Assembly: GCA_015523465.1 (NCBI GenBank)
Contig: WAKF01000023.1
Coordinates: 6,184-70,183, forward strand
Length of the DNA stretch: 64,000 nt
Source: Aeropyrum sp.
GTDB lineage: Archaea > Thermoproteota > Thermoprotei_A > Sulfolobales > Acidilobaceae
Direction of reading: 5' to 3'
Shown one piece after another: positions 17,926-26,560 of this stretch (position 1 is its first letter; every line of letters starts with the position of its first letter). A program made the position numbers and the translations under genes. A model generated the notes under the pieces. That model did no database searches. It saw nothing but the letters and a program-made list of their open reading frames with translations, and was not told the origin of the DNA.

Positions 17926-19386
17926 GTGGGCATTAAGATTGCTAGGTACTCTAGGGCACGCCGAGGAGTTATTGGGAGGGTTGAATCTAGTATCGCTAGG
18001 AAGGTTATGCCGAGGCTTGTAGACCCTCTGGAGGTAGGAGTGACTCCGGCTAAGTATTTCAGGGCCGTTGCTCTAGCTGCTATGCTATTAACCCCTATAG
18101 TAGCGGGGCTTATCGTTGCCTCATTAGCCGGGTATGTGGGCTTGGGGCTCGCTATAGTGGCGGCATCGGTATGGATACTCCTAACGCTACTACCCAAGCT
18201 TTGGGCATGGACGTGGGGCTCTATGGTTGATAGGGAGGTGCCAGCTTTACTAGCATATCTACTACCTTACACCCCTACCACAAGCCATATAGCAGACTTG
18301 ATCGCCGAAGCAGCTTCAGGAAGCGAGTTTAAGTGGGTTAGGTTCGAGGGTGAGAGGCTCAGGGCCGTTATGAGGATGGGCGTTGATCCGGAGAGGGCAC
18401 TAAGCTTTCTAGCGTCCACCACTAGGTCTAGGACCTTAGCTTCCATCCTAGACGACTACCTCCATGCTCAGAAGCTGGGGGCTTCTAGGAGCCAGCTTAC
18501 CCTGCTGCTACTCAGGAACTCCCTAGATGCTGTCAGGTCGAGCTGGGAGAGTTATCATAACATGGTGAGGGGGCTTGGGGAGTTAGGAGCTGCTCTAACA
18601 GTCTCCCTAGCCGCCGCAGTACCTATAGCTTACATGTCGTCTACTAGCATGGTAGGAGCTATACCCCTAATTATAGCCATCTCAGCCTTGGCTCTAGCTT
18701 TAATAGCACTAGCTTTAAGGCCTAGCCTGGGCGAGGGGAGGCCTCCAGCACCGGTGTTCGCAGTAGCTTACTCCGCGCCACTCATAGTTATGGCAGCCGT
18801 CCTCAACTTAGACCCTATTAAAGCTTTAGCTCTAGGCACTGTTCTAGCCTTAATAGTAGAGGTTCTAGCTGCCTGGCAGTCCTCGAGGGAAGCTAGAGCC
18901 CTCTTTATGCTGAAGAGAGCTGCAGATAACGCTAAGTATGGGCTAGACTACGAAGCACCCCTGCGAGAAGCTGAGCCTGTAGCAAGCCAGGTGGTAAAGG
19001 CTATACTGAGAGCTTCTAAGAGGGCCGGTAAGCTTGGTGTAGGGGAGGCGCTTGACACTACATACAGAATGATCGTTGAGGCTAGGGTTAAGGCTAGGGA
19101 ACTTAAGGGCCCTGCCATCATGCTTGCTCTAGTATCTTCTGCAGCCCCCGCTCTAGCAGTCTATACCCTAAAGTTTATGGAGAAGACGCTGTCGTCGTCA
19201 CAGCTATTAGGGCTCCCGGGAGCCGGTGACGTAGACTTCGCAATCAGGCTTCTGGTAGCGGTAGCCCCCCTCGTCACGCTACCTGCAGCCGTTATGCACA
19301 GACCCTGGATACCCAGCCTGCTTCCCGGCTTGCTAGCGTCGGCTTTAGCTTACATAGCCCAGTGGCTACCCACACCCTCTTTCTAA
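17926..19386 (+). CDS. Type IV pilus membrane platform protein (TadB/C, ArlJ-like)
   Basis: Two T2SS-F-like helical units separated by TM segments; directly follows the ATPase. Confidence 0.78.
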   Translation: MGIKIARYSRARRGVIGRVESSIARKVMPRLVDPLEVGVTPAKYFRAVALAAMLLTPIVAGLIVASLAGYVGLGLAIVAASVWILLTLLPKLWAWTWGSMVDREVPALLAYLLPYTPTTSHIADLIAEAASGSEFKWVRFEGERLRAVMRMGVDPERALSFLASTTRSRTLASILDDYLHAQKLGASRSQLTLLLLRNSLDAVRSSWESYHNMVRGLGELGAALTVSLAAAVPIAYMSSTSMVGAIPLIIAISALALALIALALRPSLGEGRPPAPVFAVAYSAPLIVMAAVLNLDPIKALALGTVLALIVEVLAAWQSSREARALFMLKRAADNAKYGLDYEAPLREAEPVASQVVKAILRASKRAGKLGVGEALDTTYRMIVEARVKARELKGPAIMLALVSSAAPALAVYTLKFMEKTLSSSQLLGLPGAGDVDFAIRLLVAVAPLVTLPAAVMHRPWIPSLLPGLLASALAYIAQWLPTPSF

Positions 19387-19392
19387 CCTTTA

Positions 19393-20676
19393 CTATCCCG
19401 TCTCGCCGGTCTCTATCTCCTCTATGTAGCCTATCAGGACTTCGGTGTACTCGCTCGTCTTGAGAGGTGTAACGCCGGGCATATGACGGGCTAGGTCCTG
19501 TGTGACCTTCCGGCTAGCTATAGCCCTCCTAATAGCCTCCTCCACGAGTTTTGCAGCCTCCCTCCAACCCATGAATTCCCCGATTAGTAGGGCCCCGCTT
19601 AGTATTTCGGCTGAAGGGTTTATTAGGTCCTTCCCGGCATACTTAGGAGCCGTGCCGTGCACCGGCTCGGCCACCGCCTTACCGTCACCCATGTTTAGGC
19701 CTGCAGCCATGCCGATACCGCCTACTAGGGCGCTAGCGGCATCGCTTATGTAATCGCCGTTTAGGTTAGGAGCCACTATCACCTCGTAGTCCCAGGGCCT
19801 CGTTATTATCTGTTGTAGCATGTTGTCCGCTATCCTATCGTTGACTAGTATCTTGCCCTCAGGCACCTTACCCCCATAAGCCTTGCTAACCTCTTCCTCG
19901 GTCACAACGTGCTCTCTAAACTCTTCTAGCGCCACCTCGTAAGCCCACTTCCTGAATGCCCCTTCAGTATACTTCATTATATTGCCCTTATGCATTATAG
20001 TAACTACTCTGTTACCGTTACGTATAGCCCACTCGAGGGCTCTCCTCATAAGCCTCTTCGTGGCAAATTCGCTGATCACCTTGATACCTATCCCAGCATC
20101 ACTCCTAATCTCCACTCCCAACTCCTTAGCCAGGAAACTTCTCATCTTCTCGGCTTCGGGACTATCGTGAGGCCACTCTATCCCCGCGTATACGTCCTCA
20201 GTGTTTTCTCTGAATATCACGAAGTTAACCTTGTCAGCGTATTTATGGGGAGCCGGCTGTCCGTAGTACCTCACAGGCCTTATGTTAGCGTAGAGGTCTA
20301 GGACCTGTCTTATGGTGACATTTAAGCTCCTATACCCTGTGCCCACCGGAGTCTCGAGGGGCCCTTTAAGAGCTACCCTAACCTTCCTGAGACCCTCAAG
20401 CGTTGCTTCCGGTAGAAGCTCCCCACAGAGTTCCCTAGCCCTGCTACCAGCTACTAACTCCCACCATACTATTCTTCTAGAGCCCCCATAGGCTCGTTTT
20501 ATAGCTGCATCCAGAACCTTTCTAGCGCTCTCTACGACCTCAGGTCCTACACCGTCTCCGACTATATAGGCTATAACCGGGTTATTGGGTACTATTAGCT
20601 TGCCATTCTTGTAATCGAGCAGCGAGCCCTCTGAAGGCGGTTTAACCTCGTCTATGCTGCAAGGGGGCCCTGCCAA
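19393..20676 (-). CDS. icd: NADP-dependent isocitrate dehydrogenase
   Basis: GDGVGPE, KGPLETPVGTGYRSLN, FRENTEDVY, MHKGNIMKYTEG, NLNGDYISD, EPVHGTAPKYAG. Confidence 0.97.
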   Translation of the reverse strand: MAGPPCSIDEVKPPSEGSLLDYKNGKLIVPNNPVIAYIVGDGVGPEVVESARKVLDAAIKRAYGGSRRIVWWELVAGSRARELCGELLPEATLEGLRKVRVALKGPLETPVGTGYRSLNVTIRQVLDLYANIRPVRYYGQPAPHKYADKVNFVIFRENTEDVYAGIEWPHDSPEAEKMRSFLAKELGVEIRSDAGIGIKVISEFATKRLMRRALEWAIRNGNRVVTIMHKGNIMKYTEGAFRKWAYEVALEEFREHVVTEEEVSKAYGGKVPEGKILVNDRIADNMLQQIITRPWDYEVIVAPNLNGDYISDAASALVGGIGMAAGLNMGDGKAVAEPVHGTAPKYAGKDLINPSAEILSGALLIGEFMGWREAAKLVEEAIRRAIASRKVTQDLARHMPGVTPLKTSEYTEVLIGYIEEIETGETG

Positions 20677-20736
20677 GTACTATCCCCATAGTCATGTAGT
20701 CCGGGTGAAGGGTTTATAGTAGCGGTTTTTCTAGGC

Positions 20737-21882
20737 CTACTCCCATCCAAGTACCCTGGGTATATTAGATTCGAATGGCTTCTCTATGATCCCCCTTTCC
20801 GTTATGAAGGCCGTTATGAGGTCTGGCGGCGTCACGTCGAAGCTGGGATTATAGGCTTCGACACCCTCCATAGTTATTCTCACAAAGCCCTTTTCAGATA
20901 GAACTCCTAGAACCTCCTCTGGGCTTCTCTCCTCGATCACTATATCCTCGGGCTTGGAGCCCGGCTGGAAGGTACTACTTGGAGCTGCAACGTAGAAGGG
21001 CTTACCAGCCCTTGAGGCCGCCAATGCTACCATGTAGGTGCCTATCTTATTGGCTGTGTGGCCTGTAGACACTATCCTATCTGCTCCCACGATCACCTTA
21101 TCAGCCATACCCCTCTCTAGTACTAGTCCTGCCGCAGAGTCCACTATAAGCTTGAAAGGTATTCCCTCCTTTTTGAGCTCCCACACGTTAAGCCTAGCTC
21201 CCTGGAGTACTGGTCGTGTCTCTGTGGTTATCACCATGATCCGTTTACCCTCTCTCCAAGCATACCTTATTACCCCCAGGGCTGTGCCAAAGCCTGCTGT
21301 AGCTAGCGATCCAGTGTTACAGTGCGTGAGTATCGTGTCACCATCTTCTATGAGCTTAGCGCCTTCCCTACCAATTGCTATGTTAGACTCTACGTCTTCA
21401 ACGTAGATCCTCGTAGCCTCCGCTAGCGCAGCACCTACAGCAGCATCGACACCCCGCGACTCGTAGAACCTGTAGATCGCCCCGTAAACCCTGTCAAGCG
21501 CCCAGAACAGGTTGAAAGCTGTAGGCCTAGTAGATGCTAATAGCTTTCTAGCCTCACTTACAACTTCCATGAACTCTGAAGGCCTAGAGGAGGCCTCAAG
21601 TGCTGCTAGGGCTAGCCCGTAGGCAGCAGCAACGCCTATTGCTGGAGCACCCCTAATTTCCATCTCCACTATGGCTCTCGCAACCCTCCTATAATCCCTA
21701 CTCCTTACATAAACCTCCCTGAATGGTATCTCTCTCGTATTTAACCATACAAACTCGCCCGCCTCGAAATCGAAGTATAGGGGTTTAACTCTCAGGAACT
21801 CTTCTATCTTATTTAGCGAAGCTTTTAGATCTCCAGGTAGGAGGTGGTAAAGGTTCAATCCTAGCGTCACCAAGAATTTCAA
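20737..21882 (-). CDS. mtnA: S-methyl-5-thioribose-1-phosphate isomerase
   Basis: IRGAPAIG, HCNTGSLAT, ETRPVLQGARL, GADRI, NKIGTY, FDVTPPDLI. Confidence 0.9.
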   Translation of the reverse strand: MKFLVTLGLNLYHLLPGDLKASLNKIEEFLRVKPLYFDFEAGEFVWLNTREIPFREVYVRSRDYRRVARAIVEMEIRGAPAIGVAAAYGLALAALEASSRPSEFMEVVSEARKLLASTRPTAFNLFWALDRVYGAIYRFYESRGVDAAVGAALAEATRIYVEDVESNIAIGREGAKLIEDGDTILTHCNTGSLATAGFGTALGVIRYAWREGKRIMVITTETRPVLQGARLNVWELKKEGIPFKLIVDSAAGLVLERGMADKVIVGADRIVSTGHTANKIGTYMVALAASRAGKPFYVAAPSSTFQPGSKPEDIVIEERSPEEVLGVLSEKGFVRITMEGVEAYNPSFDVTPPDLITAFITERGIIEKPFESNIPRVLGWE

Positions 21883-21905
21883 TCGTGGTATGATAGGTCA
21901 TAACT

Positions 21906-24221
21906 CTAGTGGGCCTTGCCAAGCCTCTCTATAACTAATTCAGCTATCATCCTGGGCCCTGCATAGAGCTTCATTTCCTCATTTATAATTTTATAAGCTT
22001 CGTTTCTAAACCCTTTAACCGCCATGTCTACAGCCTTAAGCGCTAGACAGTCTATATAACTAGCCTTACCATCAGCACAGAGCCTAGAAGCTTCGCTTCT
22101 ATATCTCTCGTAGCCGTTCATATCACCCTTAAGCAAGTTTATAAAGGCGGCCGCTATGAACGTCGAACCCTTATAAGCCCCTAGAACCATGTTAGACATA
22201 GTCTCTCTAAGCTGTCTTTCAGCCCTTTCAAGATCTCCCTTATAAAGATAGTAGAATGTGAGGCTTAGAGACGCCATGTTAATAGCGGGCTTCAGCCCCA
22301 GCTTCTTTGAAGCCTCTATGACAGGCTTAGCTTTTTGAGGTACTAAGTCGATCTCCCCTCGAAGTCTGATGTCCTCCGTAGTAGCCGCCTCCGTAAGAAT
22401 ATAGGCTTCAACGTCGTCAGTCTCTATAACATGCTTTCTAAGCTCGTTATACAGGCTCTTAGCCTTAGCATCCATACCTATGAAATATAAAGCGATCCCA
22501 ACATTAGCTATTATGTGTATCGCTAAGGGCCTCTTCCACTTCTTAGGAAGGCTCTGAAATTCTCTGTAAACCTCCAAAGCCTCCTTGGCGCCCTCGAAGT
22601 TACCCCGAAAAGCTTCGAAAGCGCATTTTATAGCGCTGAGTTTAACGTATATAGGCTTGTCTTTCCTCTTAAAGAAGTCTATCGGCTCCTTGATATTCTC
22701 TATGAAGTGCTTAGCATCCCCGTCGAGGGCGAGCTTCATGGTAACTAGCTCGGCTTTCAGCATCATGAAGTCCCTAAGGGAGGTCCTACACCTTAAAGCC
22801 GAGTCTATAGATGCTATGTACCTGGGAGGGTTATAGAAGGGCCATGTAAGGGTGTAGAGGAAGCGGTTTCTAATGGCTTTGGAGAGAACGTCTAAAATGC
22901 ATTCTCGAGATGCTAACTCGAAGCCTCTAAACTTAGCTATAAACTCCTTAGAGTTTAGTAGGGCTTGTGAAAGCCTTCTAGCATAAGCCTCTCTCTTCTC
23001 GGGGCTTAAATTCCTAGAATACCTAATCAGGATGCCCCGAGGCGATACATACTCGCCCCTTATGTCAGCTAGTCCATAGTATGAAAGTCTCTTCAACGCC
23101 CTCCTACATTCGGTCCCTGCAATTCTACACGGTACACGGCTAGGTACGGGAGCCTTCGCTATAGAAAGCACTTCAGCTAACCTCACATAGTCTTGAGGCA
23201 TTGATGCAAGTATGCCCTCGAGGTAAGCTTGCAACGCTGAGTCCGAGGCGTCTAAGAGGGGCATCCCCCTCCTCAAGTTCTCTGCGATCAGTTTTCCCAG
23301 CCCAGGTATCCCACCCCACCTCCTATAAACCTCTACTATCTTCGAGTCATCAGTTACTCCGTGCGACTTCATGAGGCTAGTGAAAGATTCTAAGTCGAGA
23401 GGGCCCAGCCTGAGTTCGGCTACTTTCCCCGGCATCCTGGAAACCTCTTCAAACCGTTCTCTCGAAATTATGAAGATCTTAGCACTCTCTATCGCCTCAG
23501 CTATTCCAAATATGAGAGACTTTAGATCCCGGCCTGCAAGGTGTATGTCGTCTATGATCAGCGTTAAACCTGTAGCCTCTATACCCCTAGCTAGGACCTC
23601 GGCTATACTTGACCCCCAATCGCCTCCAACACCTTCTTTATACCCTAATGCTGCCAGCACTAATCCCAGTTTTGTCGAGAAAGCAGATGCTGTGGTATCA
23701 TCACTAACGCTATACCAATAAGCAGGTAAACCGTTGTTACGGATAAAATGCGATACTAAATGCGATTTTCCTATCCCGGGAGGACCATAAACATGTATAA
23801 TAGGCTTGGAAGCCTCGCGAAAGAACTTAAGCTCATTACCCCTACCTACTAAGGGCCCATAGCGCGGTGGCTCGAACACGCTACTCACTTTGAACCTTAA
23901 GCTCTCTCCGCCTCCCAGCTCTACTTCAGCCCCGCCCTCGCTAAAAGAGACCTTGAACGACCTTACAGCTAGCTCGTAAACTTTTACGTTTTTATCCCCG
24001 ACCCTAAGCCAGGTTCCTTTAACCAAACCTGCATCGCTAAGCCTACTCAGCCTCCTCGCGATATCTGTTTCATCTCTCCCTAGAACTCTAGATAACTCTC
24101 TAACATAGCTAGGCTTAACTGAAAGTATGGAAAGTATTTTAAGATTGACCTCGTTGGCTAGTAGCTTCATAACCTCAGATACCTTACTACCTCGCCCCAC
24201 CGACGGCATACTCACCGCCAC
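21906..24221 (-). CDS. ArsR-type wHTH + STAND NTPase + helical-repeat transcriptional regulator
   Basis: N-terminal wHTH; hhGR (LVGRGNE); Walker A GPPGIGKS; Walker B LIIDDIH; GxP (WGGIPG); helical C-terminus. Probable start ATG 24209 with SD GGTGA. Confidence 0.82.
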   Translation of the reverse strand: MAVSMPSVGRGSKVSEVMKLLANEVNLKILSILSVKPSYVRELSRVLGRDETDIARRLSRLSDAGLVKGTWLRVGDKNVKVYELAVRSFKVSFSEGGAEVELGGGESLRFKVSSVFEPPRYGPLVGRGNELKFFREASKPIIHVYGPPGIGKSHLVSHFIRNNGLPAYWYSVSDDTTASAFSTKLGLVLAALGYKEGVGGDWGSSIAEVLARGIEATGLTLIIDDIHLAGRDLKSLIFGIAEAIESAKIFIISRERFEEVSRMPGKVAELRLGPLDLESFTSLMKSHGVTDDSKIVEVYRRWGGIPGLGKLIAENLRRGMPLLDASDSALQAYLEGILASMPQDYVRLAEVLSIAKAPVPSRVPCRIAGTECRRALKRLSYYGLADIRGEYVSPRGILIRYSRNLSPEKREAYARRLSQALLNSKEFIAKFRGFELASRECILDVLSKAIRNRFLYTLTWPFYNPPRYIASIDSALRCRTSLRDFMMLKAELVTMKLALDGDAKHFIENIKEPIDFFKRKDKPIYVKLSAIKCAFEAFRGNFEGAKEALEVYREFQSLPKKWKRPLAIHIIANVGIALYFIGMDAKAKSLYNELRKHVIETDDVEAYILTEAATTEDIRLRGEIDLVPQKAKPVIEASKKLGLKPAINMASLSLTFYYLYKGDLERAERQLRETMSNMVLGAYKGSTFIAAAFINLLKGDMNGYERYRSEASRLCADGKASYIDCLALKAVDMAVKGFRNEAYKIINEEMKLYAGPRMIAELVIERLGKAH

Positions 24222-24236
24222 CGCGACGGGCCTAGA

Positions 24237-24293
24237 GGGACTAGAAAGCTTCAGGCAGCCCTTGTGAGGACTAGCCTGAAGCCCTCCAGTCCC
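24237..24293 (-). other. Long RNA hairpin (26 bp stem, CACA tetraloop)
   Basis: Minus strand GGGACTGGAGGGCTTCAGGC-T-AGTCCT-CACA-AGGGCT-GCCTGAAGCTTTCTAGTCCC; all four non-Watson-Crick pairs are G-U on this strand. Confidence 0.8.
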
Positions 24294-24387
24294 ATTCCCT
24301 CTTTTAGTTCATAGTTAAACTTATTAAGTCTTTTAATAACGCTAGGCTACAGCTTATCAAAACACCGTTAACATTACATAATAACGA

Positions 24388-25263
24388 TTACCTTCTTTCA
24401 CGCTTATTCCTAGAATTCCGAGTCTGATACATCCTATCCTTAGCGCACTCTATCTCTTCATCTAACGCGTTATTGAGGTAGCGAGTGTAGTTGCAGGGTA
24501 GGGGCATTCTTGGCTCTGTAAATGAGTAGGACCTAGGCCTTGATTGCTGCGATTCACGTCTCACTATCCTTAGCAATAACGGGGCTCCAACAAATAGCGT
24601 AATGAACGTTAACACGCCACCTACTCCCATGTAAAATACTTTCGAACCCGTTAGACCCTCCTTAACAGGGGTCTCATAAGTTATAACGCTTCTCTCACTA
24701 TCGAATACCACGTTCTCAGCATTATTAGGTAGCTTAATCTCCACTATTTCTATACCACCACCTTCTTTACCGCGTGAAGCATATGTTAGAGCAGCCGAAT
24801 CCTCTCTGAGAAGTACTGTAGAGGTTAAAGGAGGGCCTAGGGTACTAAGCTCGTTAAGCTGGATCTCCCATTTGCCTTCACCCCAGTATCTGGCAAAACC
24901 GGGAATACTATACTCTAGAATAATAGTGTTCTGCGCCTTATCAACATCTATTTTGAATCCCTCTAAGCTAGTACGATTTAAATTTGGTTTTAACGCCTCT
25001 ATAACTTCAAGGGGGGAGATACTAGACGTCTCTAACAATGACATGATAGTCGAATTTATGCTTAACTCCTCTCTTACATATGCAGTTCCGTTCTCGTCCA
25101 CCAGAACCTTAGCTACGCCCTCAACCCTGGCTTCTTTAAGGCTCTCAGGTACCGGGGAAATGGCATAAACTTCATATGCTTGACCGAAAATAATAAAAAC
25201 CGTCGTTATTAATGCCAGAATAGCGAGTAACCTCCCCCCCATACCGCTAAGCCCCTCCGCCAC
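24388..25263 (-). CDS. Hypothetical single-pass membrane protein with extracellular domain
   Basis: Signal peptide (RLLAILALITTVFIIFGQAYEVYA), about 180-aa ectodomain, TM helix, basic cytoplasmic tail. Confidence 0.75.
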   Translation of the reverse strand: MAEGLSGMGGRLLAILALITTVFIIFGQAYEVYAISPVPESLKEARVEGVAKVLVDENGTAYVREELSINSTIMSLLETSSISPLEVIEALKPNLNRTSLEGFKIDVDKAQNTIILEYSIPGFARYWGEGKWEIQLNELSTLGPPLTSTVLLREDSAALTYASRGKEGGGIEIVEIKLPNNAENVVFDSERSVITYETPVKEGLTGSKVFYMGVGGVLTFITLFVGAPLLLRIVRRESQQSRPRSYSFTEPRMPLPCNYTRYLNNALDEEIECAKDRMYQTRNSRNKRERR

Positions 25264-25406
25264 TCTAGCTATTCTCGGCTCGAAGTCTAGCTTAAAACTC
25301 GGGTTTGAGATTCTAGCTCAAACCTTACCCGAGAAAAAGCATCGCAGTAGAGGAGCTTCAAGTACCACTTAATAATTTACCATTACAGTAACGTGTAAAT
25401 AGTATT

Positions 25407-25916
25407 TTACTGTATGCTCTTTGAGGCTCTAGCCTCATAATACGTTATAATCCCTGTTCTATCAACTACTGCTATTATTGGTACGTGATTGTCTGCTGCT
25501 GCCTGTCTACCCCACTCTATTATCTTAGAAAGCCTTTCTACGTAACCCTCGCTTAGCACTAGGACCTCATGAACCTTTGAATTATGTTCGTAAAGCAGTG
25601 TCCTAGGTCTAAATCCTAACCTAGGCTTCCTACCCTTACGCCGCAAATCCCTATACACTGTAAACATGTCTAGATCTATGCTGAAGTCGTGGAGAAGCCT
25701 TAGTGTGCACCCCCAGCCCGTCCCGCATCCCTCGAGTAACAACCTCCCTCTAGAGAGCTGGTATGCCGTCTCGATGGGGTATAGCGTATTGTCTTCTAGA
25801 TAGCCGGCCCTCTCTAAGCTCCTACAAAAGTCTTTATCTAAGCATGCAGTTACCACTACCTTACTGTTCTTTAAAGAAGCTATAGCCTGAAATTTCATAG
25901 CAACCCCCTTTCCCAA
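25407..25916 (-). CDS. endA: tRNA splicing endonuclease, structural (beta) subunit
   Basis: LYPIETAYQL, VYRDLRRKGRKP, EVLVLSEGY, IIAVVDRTGIITYYEAR...SIQ closely resemble the A. pernix beta subunit as recalled. Confidence 0.88.
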   Translation of the reverse strand: MGKGVAMKFQAIASLKNSKVVVTACLDKDFCRSLERAGYLEDNTLYPIETAYQLSRGRLLLEGCGTGWGCTLRLLHDFSIDLDMFTVYRDLRRKGRKPRLGFRPRTLLYEHNSKVHEVLVLSEGYVERLSKIIEWGRQAAADNHVPIIAVVDRTGIITYYEARASKSIQ

Positions 25917-26560
25917 CTTGTGATTACCTCTAAAATGTCGGATAGTCTCTTAACCCGGGCCTTAGCTACTCCGTCTAAGCTAGGGTCATCTCCATAGGCT
26001 ATTGGCAGGCCTACAACCTTCATTGCACTCGCATCCCAACGGCTGTCTCCTACATAGGCTGAAGCCCTGAGACTAGCGCCTAACTCGTTAGCAATCCTAT
26101 ACACTACCCTTGACTTGTCAACGCCTACAAGCGGGACCCCTCCAGGCTTTAGGAATCCTTCTCTATCGAATTCCAGCTTATTAGCGGCCCAGGCATCAAC
26201 TCCTAACTCAACTGCGACCCTCCTAACCAGCAGGTCTATCCCGCTACTTACTAGGGCTATCCTAATCCCTCTCTTTCTCAAAGCTCTGAATAAGGGTCTA
26301 GCCTCAGGGTTCACCTCTATCCTCGAGAGCAGGTCTATTATAACACTCCTATGAACCTTTCCTCCCGCAGCCTTGATCCACAACATTGTATCCCTTCTCA
26401 TCCACTCAACATAGTCTATGGCTCCCTCCTCGAAGAGCCTCTTAACCTTCCTAGCCTCCTCAAGAACCCCAAAGCTCCTATGAAGGTACTCCCAGCTACT
26501 CTTAACATTAACTAAAACGCCGTCAACGTCGAAGAATACTAGCTGGAGCCTCCGGGCCAT
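25895..26560 (-). CDS. HAD-IB phosphatase, phosphoserine phosphatase-like
   Basis: FDVDGVL motif I, LVSSG motif II, K, and YVGDSRWD motif IV. Confidence 0.85.
   Translation of the reverse strand: MARRLQLVFFDVDGVLVNVKSSWEYLHRSFGVLEEARKVKRLFEEGAIDYVEWMRRDTMLWIKAAGGKVHRSVIIDLLSRIEVNPEARPLFRALRKRGIRIALVSSGIDLLVRRVAVELGVDAWAANKLEFDREGFLKPGGVPLVGVDKSRVVYRIANELGASLRASAYVGDSRWDASAMKVVGLPIAYGDDPSLDGVAKARVKRLSDILEVITSWERGLL

Noticed and set aside
24237-24293. The long hairpin as an H/ACA guide or MITE
   Set aside because: There is no ACA tail, K-turn or pseudouridylation pocket on the folding strand, and no target-site duplication or second copy in the window.
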